A DNA stretch of 64,000 nucleotides from assembly GCA_963752605.1 (NCBI GenBank), contig CAVVYW010000009.1:3863-67862 (forward strand), written 5' to 3'. This DNA is from an uncultured Solirubrobacterales bacterium. Lineage in GTDB: Bacteria; Actinomycetota; Thermoleophilia; Solirubrobacterales; 70-9. Shown piece after piece: positions 8,866 through 17,428 of the stretch. Position 1 is the stretch's first letter; each line of letters starts with the position of its first letter. Position numbers and translations under genes: made by a program. The notes under the pieces were generated by a model, which was not told the DNA's origin, did not search any database, and saw only the letters and a list, made by a program, of their open reading frames with translations.

Positions 8866-9433
8866 GATGCGACGCATTGCAACGACGAGTTGCCTGGCGG
8901 GGATGCTCTTGGCATTGAGCTCTGTCCCGGCGGGCGCCGCAACCCTGACGCCCAGCAGCGCCGACTTCGGAACTCAGCCCGTCGGAAGCGTCAGCTCCCC
9001 ACGGGCGTTCACGCTCACGCCTGAGCTCGTGGACGTGCTGCCGCTGACGATCGCGACGACCGGCGACTTCAAGCAGACGAACAACTGCGGGGCGGCGCTG
9101 CAGTTCCTGAGCGGCCCGTGCACGATCAACGTGACCTTCGCGCCGATCGGCGCGGGTAACCGGACCGGAAACCTGAGCACCACGGCGCTCGTCCTCGGCG
9201 GTCCCACGGCGACGCTCAGGGGCGCCGCGACCCAGCAGCAGAGTGGGCCGGGAGCAGGCGGACCGCAGACGACCTGCAAGAAGAAGGGCGGAAAGAAGAA
9301 GAAGAAGAAGAAGGGCGGCAAGCGGGGCAAGAAGGGCGCCGACGCCGTGACCGCCAAGAAGAAGAAGGGCAAGAAGGGGAAGGGCTGCAAGAAGAAGGGC
9401 AAGAAGAAGGGGAAGGGCAAGAAGAAGCGCTAG
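8866..9433 (+). CDS. secreted Ig-like (choice-of-anchor-D/HYDIN-like) domain protein with poly-Lys two-Cys tail
   Basis: AAGGAGG lies 6 nt before the ATG at 8866. Signal peptide MRRIATTSCLAGMLLALSSVPAGAA. The tail is TTCKKKGGKKKKKKKGG...GCKKKGKKKGKGKKKR. Confidence 0.8.
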
Positions 9434-9476
9434 CCGCGCGCTCATAGCCGCGCCTCGATAGCGCACAATCCCCGCC

Positions 9477-10256
9477 GTGGAGCACCCAGCGCCGCGGCGC
9501 CCCGACCGAGAGGACGTCCACGACGGCCTCGCCTACACCCTCTGGCTGCCCGATCGGCTCGGGGCGAAGGACCGCGGCGCCCCGAGCCGGCGTGTGCCCG
9601 AGCCGCCCTGGCCGGGAGTCGTGATCCTGCACGGAGCCGGATCGCGCAAGGAGAACCACGCCGACTTCGCCAGGCTCGCCACCGCGGCGGGGTGGGCGGC
9701 ACTCGCTTTCGACGCCCGGGGGCACGGGGCCTCGGAGGGACCGATGTCCCCCGGCGCAATCCAGGACGTGATCCGGATGGTCAGGCTCCTCGCGGCAACC
9801 AGCGGCGTGGACGAAACCCGGGTCGCCCTGCGAGGTTCGAGCATGGGCGGCTTCCTCGCCCTGCACGCAGCCGCGATCGCCGACGAGGTGGCGGGGGTGA
9901 TCGCGATCTGCCCGGCGGGCGAGAGTGAGCTGCGCCGGGGCCTACGACGGGGCGAGCTCGAGATGCGGGTTGACGACCCCGCGGCCCTGGAGGCGTGGCT
10001 CGCTGAGCATGACCTGCGGGATGCGGTCGAGTGGATCGCGGGGCGTCCCGTGATCCTCCTGCACGCGGATGGGGACGAGCAGATTCCGAGCGACTGGTCG
10101 GAGGAGCTCTACGAACATGTGGCGGAGCCCTCCAAGCTGGTGGTGATGCCGGGCGGCGACCACCGCTCGCTTCAGCACGACGCGGAGATCCAGGCGATGG
10201 CGCTCCGCTGGCTGGAACGCGAGCTGGATCGCTCGGCTAGAGGCCGAGCCCGCTGA
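9477..10256 (+). CDS. alpha/beta hydrolase (dienelactone hydrolase / prolyl oligopeptidase-like)
   Basis: 259 aa. GSSMGG nucleophile elbow, then HADGDEQIP and GGDH late in the sequence. Confidence 0.8.
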   Translation: MEHPAPRRPDREDVHDGLAYTLWLPDRLGAKDRGAPSRRVPEPPWPGVVILHGAGSRKENHADFARLATAAGWAALAFDARGHGASEGPMSPGAIQDVIRMVRLLAATSGVDETRVALRGSSMGGFLALHAAAIADEVAGVIAICPAGESELRRGLRRGELEMRVDDPAALEAWLAEHDLRDAVEWIAGRPVILLHADGDEQIPSDWSEELYEHVAEPSKLVVMPGGDHRSLQHDAEIQAMALRWLERELDRSARGRAR

Positions 10257-10815
10257 CCGCGTTGCCGGCGTCGTTGGTGGCGCCGCTGACCGCGTCGCCC
10301 GCGTTCGTCCCGGTGACGTCGTTGACGGCGCCGCCGACCTGGTTGCCGGCGCCGGAGACCGCCTGGCCCACTCCCTGGGATCCCGAGCCTCCCTGAGACG
10401 GCGAGGAGCCACCGCCATCGCCGCCCCCACCGCCGCTGGAGGGCGAGCCACCGCCCGTTCCCGTTCCCGATCCCGAGCCCCCGCCCGAGGAGGGGGACTC
10501 CCCGCCGGTGACACCGGGCGAGCGCTCGCCGCCGCTCGCCTGCTTCCTGCCCCCGGCAGCGCCGCCGTCGGCGGCGCCACGGGCCGGCGTGGCGGGAGCG
10601 CTCGAGGAGGCCGGATCGGCATTCTCAGCCGAGCCCGCCTCAACCGTCGAGTCGTCGCTCGAGAACAGTCCGCCCGCATTGGGCCAGGCGTCAAATGTGA
10701 TCATCCCGACGACGAGGAGGAAGACGACCAGCCCGGCGGCCATCGCCGCACCCACGATCCCGAGCTCCGCCAAGAAGCTCTCAGCCGTCCTTGCCCTGCT
10801 TCGAAGTGCCGTCAT
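10237..10815 (-). CDS. single-pass membrane protein with Gly/Ser-rich extracytoplasmic region
   Basis: ATG at 10815 with AGGAGG 8 nt upstream. One TM helix followed by FDAWP. Paralogous N-terminus to the next gene. Confidence 0.6.
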   Translation of the reverse strand: MTALRSRARTAESFLAELGIVGAAMAAGLVVFLLVVGMITFDAWPNAGGLFSSDDSTVEAGSAENADPASSSAPATPARGAADGGAAGGRKQASGGERSPGVTGGESPSSGGGSGSGTGTGGGSPSSGGGGGDGGGSSPSQGGSGSQGVGQAVSGAGNQVGGAVNDVTGTNAGDAVSGATNDAGNAVSGLGL

Positions 10816-10850
10816 TTGGGGGGCCTCCTGCCCTCCGATACCGCTTGAGG

Positions 10851-11630
10851 TTACTTGCCCTTACCGAGCCCGGGCTTCGAGGACGAGCTCGACCCGGAGT
10901 TACCCGGCGCCCCCTCCGTGGGCTGGATCGTCACCCCGGACTGCTTGCTGCTGCCCCCGGACCCGTTGCCGTTGCCGGGGTTACCGGACGGGTTCTTCCT
11001 GCCGCCGCCGTTCGAGTGTGCGGGCGGATTGGTCTGGGGCTTGCCGGGATCGACCCTCGCGTTCGGATTCCGCGGCTTCGGGGTTGCGGGATTGCCGCCC
11101 CCGGGATTGCCGCCCCCGGGATTGCCGCCTCCGGGATTGCCGCCCCCGGGATTGCCGCCCCCGGGATTGCCCGGAGAGCCAGTGCCGCCGCCACCGCCGT
11201 CACCGACCCCCGGGGCGGGTGCGGGCGGTGCTGGCGGAGCGGCCGGAGGGTTACCCGCGGGCGGAGAGTTGGGTGGCTTGGGCGACCGCTTCTCGCCCCC
11301 GTCGTCCGCGCCGCCGGGTGCCGGGGCGCCCGCTGCTGGGCTCGAGGCCGTGGGAGTGAGGATGCCGACGCCCGGGCTGAGCCCGGCTTCCCCTGCGGGT
11401 TGGCTCACGGAGCCGCCGAGATTGAGCTGTGCCTCTTCCTGGGCGCCCCCGCGGACCGGGGTTCCCGGCCAGACGTCGAACGACACCAGGCCGACCAGCG
11501 AGATCAGCGCCACGCCGGCCCCGGCCAGGAGGGCGCCGCTGGCGCCCACGCCGAGAATGTAGGTCTGGGTTGTTCGCGCGGCTCCGGACACCCCTGCGGC
11601 GTCCATGCCGCGCCTCCAAAGCGCACTCAT
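10851..11630 (-). CDS. single-pass membrane protein with Pro/Gly-rich region containing GNPGG x5 repeats
   Basis: ATG at 11630. One TM helix followed by FDVWP. Contains the 15-bp tandem repeat. Confidence 0.6.
   Translation of the reverse strand: MSALWRRGMDAAGVSGAARTTQTYILGVGASGALLAGAGVALISLVGLVSFDVWPGTPVRGGAQEEAQLNLGGSVSQPAGEAGLSPGVGILTPTASSPAAGAPAPGGADDGGEKRSPKPPNSPPAGNPPAAPPAPPAPAPGVGDGGGGGTGSPGNPGGGNPGGGNPGGGNPGGGNPGGGNPATPKPRNPNARVDPGKPQTNPPAHSNGGGRKNPSGNPGNGNGSGGSSKQSGVTIQPTEGAPGNSGSSSSSKPGLGKGK
11088..11174. repeat. 15-bp tandem repeat GGGATTGCCGCCCCC, about 5.8 copies (in-frame GNPGG repeats)
   Basis: Units at 11088, 11103, 11118 (one mismatch), 11133 and 11148, plus a partial unit at 11163. 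Confidence 0.9.
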
Positions 11631-11805
11631 GCTCTTCCTATCGGCCGATCCTGCTCGAACCTTTAGCCGTGGTCGAAATTGTTTTCTTGCTGCCGCGGCG
11701 CGGTCATCCCGGCCGCGCCGTGATCAGTGTACGCGCCCGGACCCGCCGGCCCGCAGTCATACGGGCGGAATTTGGGCCCTTCCCCCGTGGGCGTGGACGA
11801 ACGGG

Positions 11806-12966
11806 CTACAGGTAGCCCAGCGGGTCCACTGCCTGGCCGTTGATCCTGACCTCGAAGTGGAGGTGGTCGCCGAAGCAGTGGCCGGTGCAGCCCACGTATC
11901 CCAGGACCGAGCCCTGGCTGATCGAGCCGCTCGTCCTGGCAAAGCTGGACTGGTGCGCGTAGCAGGTGGAGAGCCCGCCGCCATGGTCGATGCAGGTGTA
12001 GTTCCCGTACCCGCCGCTGGGCGAGGCGAGCACGATGGTCCCCGACTTGGCGGCGAGAATGGGGGTCCCGCTCGGGACGGCGATGTCCACGCCCTCGTGC
12101 ATGCGGCCCCATCGCATCCCGAAGCCGGAGACGATCGAGCCGTTGACGGGCCAGATGAAGCCGTTCGCGGCGCCCCTGACCGGCCCGGCGGGAAGGGCGC
12201 CGCCGGTCAACGCGCCCAGCTGCTCGGCGATCCGTTCGGAGATGTCGGAGAGGTCCCCCTCCAGCTTCTGCTTCTGGTCTCGGATCTCGCCCAGGGTCTC
12301 TCGCTGGCGCTTGCGCGCCGCCGCCAGCTCGGTGGTGCGGCTCTCCAGCTTGGCCCGTGTGCTCTCGAGCTCCTGCTTCTGAAGGGCGATCTGGTCGCGG
12401 GCCGCCTTGACGGTCGTCACGACCTGCTCCATCTCGTTGCGGAGGTCGCGCACCCGGTCGACGATCGAGTCGTCCTGCTCCTGGAGGCGCTGGACGTACT
12501 CCGTCCGCTCCAGCAGGTCGTCGAAGCCGTGCGCCTGGAGGACCACGGTGATCACGTCGGGCTCGCTCGACTTGTAGAGGGCGATCAGCCGCTCCTGGAG
12601 CTGCTCGATCGCCTGCCGGAGCCGCTCCCGGAGGACCGCCAGCCGGCCCTGGGCCTCGGCGAGCTCCGCCTCCTTCTGCGCAAGCCTCGCCGCTACGACC
12701 GCCTCGCGGTTGCGGAGCTCTGCGACCTCACCCTCGAGGCGCTCCAGCTGTCGTGACTCGTGCTCGATCCTGGTCGTGAGGACGCCCTCGTGCTGGGTGA
12801 CGTCGTCGAGCTTCGACTCGGTCTCCTCGAGCCGTTCCTGGAGGCTCTGCGCCTGGGCGCCGGCGGCGATGAGCACGCCGAGGAGCGCAATCGCCAGCCA
12901 GGCGCGTGCGAGATGGAACCCCCCTCGGGGGCCCCGGGGTGAAGGCTGAGATGACCGTTCGCTCAT
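11806..12966 (-). CDS. M23 family metallopeptidase with N-terminal coiled coil (EnvC-like)
   Basis: 386 aa. Signal/TM segment, long coiled coil, then HEGVDIA (HxxxD) and GDHLHFEV (HxH). Confidence 0.9.
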   Translation of the reverse strand: MSERSSQPSPRGPRGGFHLARAWLAIALLGVLIAAGAQAQSLQERLEETESKLDDVTQHEGVLTTRIEHESRQLERLEGEVAELRNREAVVAARLAQKEAELAEAQGRLAVLRERLRQAIEQLQERLIALYKSSEPDVITVVLQAHGFDDLLERTEYVQRLQEQDDSIVDRVRDLRNEMEQVVTTVKAARDQIALQKQELESTRAKLESRTTELAAARKRQRETLGEIRDQKQKLEGDLSDISERIAEQLGALTGGALPAGPVRGAANGFIWPVNGSIVSGFGMRWGRMHEGVDIAVPSGTPILAAKSGTIVLASPSGGYGNYTCIDHGGGLSTCYAHQSSFARTSGSISQGSVLGYVGCTGHCFGDHLHFEVRINGQAVDPLGYL

Positions 12967-13072
12967 CAGTCCGTGACGCCGCGGGTCACCGGTCGGCGCA
13001 GGGTAGATGACCCGCTCGCGTGCCTGCGAAGGTTCGCGGAAGGCCCGGATCGAGTTGAACGGCCGGTTGCAG

Positions 13073-14356
13073 CTAGGCGGCGGCCGCTGTCCGCTCAGGC
13101 TTGGGGTGCCCGTTGCGGCTCGCGTCCTTCGCGATCTCGGCGGCGAGGCCGAGGCGTTCCTGGTACTCGCGCGCCTGCATCCGCGAGATGACGAGTCGCT
13201 GCACCTGGGCCGTACCCTCGAACAGCTGGTAGATCTTGGCGTCGCGGAACCACTTCTCGAGGGGGCAATCGGTCGTCTGCGCGTAGGGACCGACCAGGTC
13301 CATCAGGGCGGTGGTAGCCCACATGGTCACGTCGCCGGCCTTCAGCTTCGACATCGAACCCTGGCCGCCGGTCATCGGCATGCCGTTGCGGCCCATCCAC
13401 GACGCGCGCTGTACGAGCAGGCGCGCGGCGTCGATCTCGGTTGCGACGTCGGCCAGCACCTGCTGGATCCGCTGCTCGGAGAGCGCGGGCTTTCCGTCGC
13501 CGACGGTCTGACCGCTCAGGTACTCGAGCGTCCACTCGTAGGCGGCCTGCGCGATGCCGAGCGCCGAGGCGCCGACGATCGGTCGCGTCATCTCGAAGGT
13601 GGCGAGCGCGTTGGAGGCGCCTGACTTCTGACCCGAGCGGGCGCGCTCCAGCTTCTTGTTCAGCTTGTCCATGCCGCCCAGGAGCTGTTCGACCGGGATG
13701 CGGCAATCCTCGAGGACCACCTCGGCGGTGTGCGAGGCGCGGATCCCGATCTTGGTCTCCTTCTTCCCCTGCCGGATGCCGGGCGTCCCCTTGCCGATCA
13801 CGAAGGAGGCCTGGCCGCGGTGGCCGAGCTCTGGATCGACGGTGGCGACGACCACGTGGACGTCGGCGATGCCACCGTTGGTGATGAAGACCTTGGTCCC
13901 GTTCAGGACCCACTCGTCGCCATCGAGCTTGGCGGTTGTCCGGAGGCTCTTGACGTCAGATCCAGCGCCGGCTTCGGTGACCGCGTAGGCGCCGAGCTTG
14001 ATCTCGTCGTCGGTGCCGAAGCACTGCGGCACCCACTGGGCGATCTGCTCCGGTGTGCCCGACGCGGCGAGGCCGGCGGCGGCGAGGCCCGAGCCGTTGA
14101 TGGCGAGCGCGATGCCCGCGCAGCCCCAATGCGACTCCTCGGCGCTGATCACGCCCAGCTGACCGTCAGGGTCCGACCCCGTGCGCTGGATGTAGTCGAG
14201 GCCGTTCAGGCCCCACTTGCGCGCCTCCTTGATGACGTCCCAGGGGGTGCTCTCCTCGGCGTCGTGCTTGGCGGCGACCGGGCGAATCACCTCACGCGCA
14301 AAGCGGCGACAGTGGTCCTTGAACTCCCGCTGCTCCTCGTTAAGGGCGAAATCCAT
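13073..14356 (-). CDS. acyl-CoA dehydrogenase
   Basis: 427 aa. Full-length ACAD pattern: YAVTEAGAGSD, the middle beta domain and a C-terminal helical domain with QLFEGT. Confidence 0.95.
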   Translation of the reverse strand: MDFALNEEQREFKDHCRRFAREVIRPVAAKHDAEESTPWDVIKEARKWGLNGLDYIQRTGSDPDGQLGVISAEESHWGCAGIALAINGSGLAAAGLAASGTPEQIAQWVPQCFGTDDEIKLGAYAVTEAGAGSDVKSLRTTAKLDGDEWVLNGTKVFITNGGIADVHVVVATVDPELGHRGQASFVIGKGTPGIRQGKKETKIGIRASHTAEVVLEDCRIPVEQLLGGMDKLNKKLERARSGQKSGASNALATFEMTRPIVGASALGIAQAAYEWTLEYLSGQTVGDGKPALSEQRIQQVLADVATEIDAARLLVQRASWMGRNGMPMTGGQGSMSKLKAGDVTMWATTALMDLVGPYAQTTDCPLEKWFRDAKIYQLFEGTAQVQRLVISRMQAREYQERLGLAAEIAKDASRNGHPKPERTAAAA

Positions 14357-14374
14357 GCTCGGGCGACCTCCTGA

Positions 14375-14394
14375 TTGACTGGTCAGTCAGCCAG
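14375..14394. promoter_or_regulatory. putative repressor operator TTGACTGGTCAGTCAGCCAG (IR TGACT-N4-AGTCA)
   Basis: Lies 19-38 nt upstream of the acyl-CoA dehydrogenase start. Matches the box at 19845-19864 at 18 of 20 positions. Confidence 0.55.
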
Positions 14395-14418
14395 TCTACC
14401 GGATGGCCGGACGGCGAC

Positions 14419-15854
14419 ATGTGGTACCTCCCACCTCCGGTCCTCCTGCCCAGCCGACGCCCAGTAGCGTTCGCCGCCGTGCGTGCCCCCCGCTTCCTCG
14501 AGAGGGTCGTCGACTGGCTGCGATACGACCTTCCCGCCAGGCTCGACCGCGGCGTGATCGCGATCGCGGGCGGCGTCGTGCTCGCGGCGGTGCTGGTCTG
14601 GGCGCTCGTCAGCGGTCCGCTCGGCGGGGACGACGAGACCGATCCCGAGGTGCGTGAGGTGACGGTCGCGGTCGAATCGGACAACCCCGAGCAGACGCCG
14701 GTCGGCACCCTCGGGTTCCCCCTGGTCGCCACCCGCAACACGACCAGGGTGAGTGGCCCGGACCCCACCGCGGATGCCGCGGCCACCGCACTCGCCACAC
14801 ACCCCCCGTCCCCTGGCGCCGAGCCGGTGGAGGCCGCGATCCTCGTCCCCGAGGGGACCTGGCAGGCCGGGATCGCCGCGTCGGTCCTCGCCGGCCCTCC
14901 GCTGCGCGCGCCGATCCTGGTAAGTGGGCCCGGAGGCGTTCCGGAGCCCACGGAGCTTGCCCTCGCCCAGCTCAACCCGCGCGGCGGTGCGGGCCCCGCG
15001 GACGTCGCCGTCTACCGGATCGGCGAGGTCTCGGCCCCGCCCGGCCTCCAGGCCGAGCAGATCAGGGGCTCCTCTCCCGCCGAGCTCGCGGGCGCGATCG
15101 ATGAGCTCAGGCAACAGCTGTTCAAGGCGGAGCCCGCCCACATCCTGATCGTCAGCAGCGACCGGGCCGGCTTCGCGATGCCGGCGGCCTCCTGGGCGGC
15201 GCGCTCGGGCGATCCGGTCCTCTTCAGTGGCCGCGACCAGGTTCCGGAGGAGACGCTGGACGCTTTGAAGCGCCATCCCGACGCCGCGGTCTACGTGCTC
15301 GGACCCGAGTCGGTGATCTCGCAGCAGGCGCTCGAGGAGATCGAGGCCGTCTCGCCGAACAGCCAACGGATCGCCGGCGAGGATCCGGTCGCCAACGCAA
15401 TCGCCTTCGCCCGCTACACGGACCCGAGCTTCGGGTGGAACATCAACGACCCGGGGCACGGGCTCGTGATGGCCAACGCGGCCAGGCCCCTGGACGCGGC
15501 CGCCGCCGCCTCCGTGTCCGCCAGCGGCAAGTGGGGCCCACTCCTCATCACCGAGACGCCCGACGCCCTACCCCAGGACCTGAGAGCCTTCCTGCTGGCC
15601 ATCAAGCCCGGCTACGAGGAGGACCCCACCCGCGCCGTGTACAACCACGTCTGGCTGATCGGAGACGCCTCGGCCATCGGGGCGAGCGTGCAGGCGGAGA
15701 TCGACGACCTCGCCGAGCTCGCGAAGATCGGCGCGGCCGGCCCCCTCGCGCCGACCCCCGACTCGGATGCCGGGATACGGCGGCCCCCGGTGGCCACGAT
15801 GAGCCCACTCCGCAGCAGCAGGACCAGCAGCAGGGCTCCAAGGTGCAGCCGTGA
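14419..15854 (+). CDS. membrane-anchored protein with cell-wall-binding-repeat-2 (CWB2)-like repeats; apparent -1 frameshift near 15770-15795
   Basis: N-terminal TM helix, then three repeats of the pattern (A)ILV..G.W.D/AL.A...A....PIL. The listed ORF runs on to 16104 as Arg-rich junk. The -1 frame ends at TGA 15852-15854, which overlaps the next GTG. Confidence 0.65.
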
Positions 15855-16099
15855 GCGAGGTCGAGCGCGCGGACCGCCTGCAGCCGGGGCGCCAGGTCAC
15901 CGTCGAGGACATCCGCGCGCTTGCCGGTCCCTCCACCCCCCACTTCGCCCTCCAGGTCCGCAACCGGATCCGGCGCCTGATCGAGGGCCTCCCGGAGGGA
16001 GACCCCGTTCGGGCCGAGGGCGAGCGGCAGATCGCGCGGCTCGAGGAGCTCGCTCAGCACAGCGGCGATCCGCGCGGCGGCACCGGCATCCCCCACTGA
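15851..16099 (+). CDS. hypothetical small protein
   Basis: 82 aa. Very high GC3 and a balanced composition. The GTG overlaps the upstream TGA (GTGA). Confidence 0.55.
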   Translation: MSEVERADRLQPGRQVTVEDIRALAGPSTPHFALQVRNRIRRLIEGLPEGDPVRAEGERQIARLEELAQHSGDPRGGTGIPH

Positions 16100-16114
16100 G
16101 GTAGCGTCGAGCCA

Positions 16115-16807
16115 GTGAAGGAGCTAGCCCCCGGCGTCTGGCACGTCCGCGGCCAGCGGCCGCCGATCAGCCTCGTCGCCAAATGGGGGATCAACGTCTA
16201 CGTGATCGACGACGTCCTGATCGACGCCTCGACCCGCCATTCCGGGGGGCGGATCCTGCGTGAGCTGGAGGGCCGCGAGATCAGCTCCCATGCCCTGACA
16301 CACGCGCATCCCGACCACCAGGGCGCGAGCCACGAGGCCTGCGAGGCGCTCGGGATCCCGTTTCTGGTCCCCGAGGGGGACGTCGAGCCGGCCGAGAACC
16401 CCGACCTGATCGGGCAGCGGCAGCCGAGCCATCCCGTGGCCCAGTTCTACGCCCGGGTCTTCACCGGGCCCGGCCACAAGGTGGATCGTGCGTTGAAGGA
16501 GGGGGACGAGGTCGGCGGCTTCAAGGTGCTGGACGTGCCCGGCCACTCGGCGGGACACGTCGCGTTCTGGCGGGAGTCCGACCGCGTGCTGATCCTGGGC
16601 GACGTACTCAACAACATCAACATCATGACCGGGATCACCGGCCTGCACGAGCCGAAGCCATACATGACGCCGGACCCGGCCGAGAACCGGCGCTCCGCGA
16701 AGAAACTCGCCGCCCTCGAGCCGAGCCTGGCCCTCTTCGGGCACGGCCCGCCCTTGCGCGACACGCGGAAGTTCGTCGACTTCGTCGACGGCCTTCCGAG
16801 CGACTAG
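16115..16807 (+). CDS. MBL-fold metallo-hydrolase
   Basis: 230 aa. HAHPDHQG (HxHxDH) motif plus downstream GHSAGH and FGHG. Confidence 0.9.
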   Translation: MKELAPGVWHVRGQRPPISLVAKWGINVYVIDDVLIDASTRHSGGRILRELEGREISSHALTHAHPDHQGASHEACEALGIPFLVPEGDVEPAENPDLIGQRQPSHPVAQFYARVFTGPGHKVDRALKEGDEVGGFKVLDVPGHSAGHVAFWRESDRVLILGDVLNNINIMTGITGLHEPKPYMTPDPAENRRSAKKLAALEPSLALFGHGPPLRDTRKFVDFVDGLPSD

Positions 16808-16875
16808 GCGGGGGCGAACGCCTCGACGATCTTCGTCTGGTATTCGAGGAGCTGCTCGGGCGGTTTCGCCGACGC

Positions 16876-17355
16876 TCAGCCGCCCTCGCCGCAGGTGGTC
16901 AGCCCGTAGGCGTTCAGCTCCTGGTTCACCTGCGCGAACGGATCGTTGCCTTCCGTGAACGCGCTCTGTGGATTGGCCTCGACCTCTGCCAAGGCCTCCT
17001 CGGCCTTGGTCAAGATCGACTCGATTTGGTCCTCGTCTCCCTCTGGCGGGGTCAGGGCGCGGATCTGGTCGATCTGGTCCTGGACACCCGGGACGAGTGT
17101 CCCGGTCGTGAACGCCTCCAGCTCCTGGGGCGTCGGCTTACCGGACCCGAAGACCTGATCGCCGGCCGCATCGATCTCCTTGCCACCCTGCTTGCAGATC
17201 GCGTTCCCCTGTTGCAGGAACTCCTGCTTGGTCGGAGCGGCGGCGACGGTGTCGGTGCCGGTGTCGCTGCTCTCGTCGTCGTCGTCGCCGCAGCCGGCGG
17301 CGATGAGGCCCACCGCCAGCATGCCGGCGAACATCAGAATCGCCTTGCGCTTCAT
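16876..17355 (-). CDS. lipoprotein, unknown family (paralog of 18064-18645)
   Basis: ATG at 17355 with GGAGGG upstream. Lipobox LIAAGC. Shared motifs IRxLTPPxGDE, EANPQS and C-terminal YGL..CG. Confidence 0.75.
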   Translation of the reverse strand: MKRKAILMFAGMLAVGLIAAGCGDDDDESSDTGTDTVAAAPTKQEFLQQGNAICKQGGKEIDAAGDQVFGSGKPTPQELEAFTTGTLVPGVQDQIDQIRALTPPEGDEDQIESILTKAEEALAEVEANPQSAFTEGNDPFAQVNQELNAYGLTTCGEGG

Positions 17356-17428
17356 GCGTCCCTCCGATCGTTTGAAGTTGTCTCGGCCGTCGTGACCGTC
17401 CCCCAAGCCAGCGGCGGCACGCTAACTG

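Noticed and set aside
9275-9430. AAG/GGC-rich low-complexity DNA, here and at the other tail loci, as non-coding microsatellite or mobile-element ends.
   Set aside because: Each stretch is in frame with, and terminates, an upstream exported-protein ORF. The stretches differ in length and sequence and have no flanking inverted or direct repeats.
11088-11174. Short direct repeats that could be mistaken for a CRISPR array or a satellite.
   Set aside because: The 15-bp units are contiguous with no spacers, and they are in frame inside a CDS (GNPGG repeats).
12967-13072. A possible ydaO/c-di-AMP riboswitch upstream of the M23 peptidase, as is seen for wall hydrolases in Actinobacteria.
   Set aside because: The region is only about 105 nt, with just a short GTGAC-N7-GTCAC hairpin. 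It is too short and lacks the conserved ydaO blocks.
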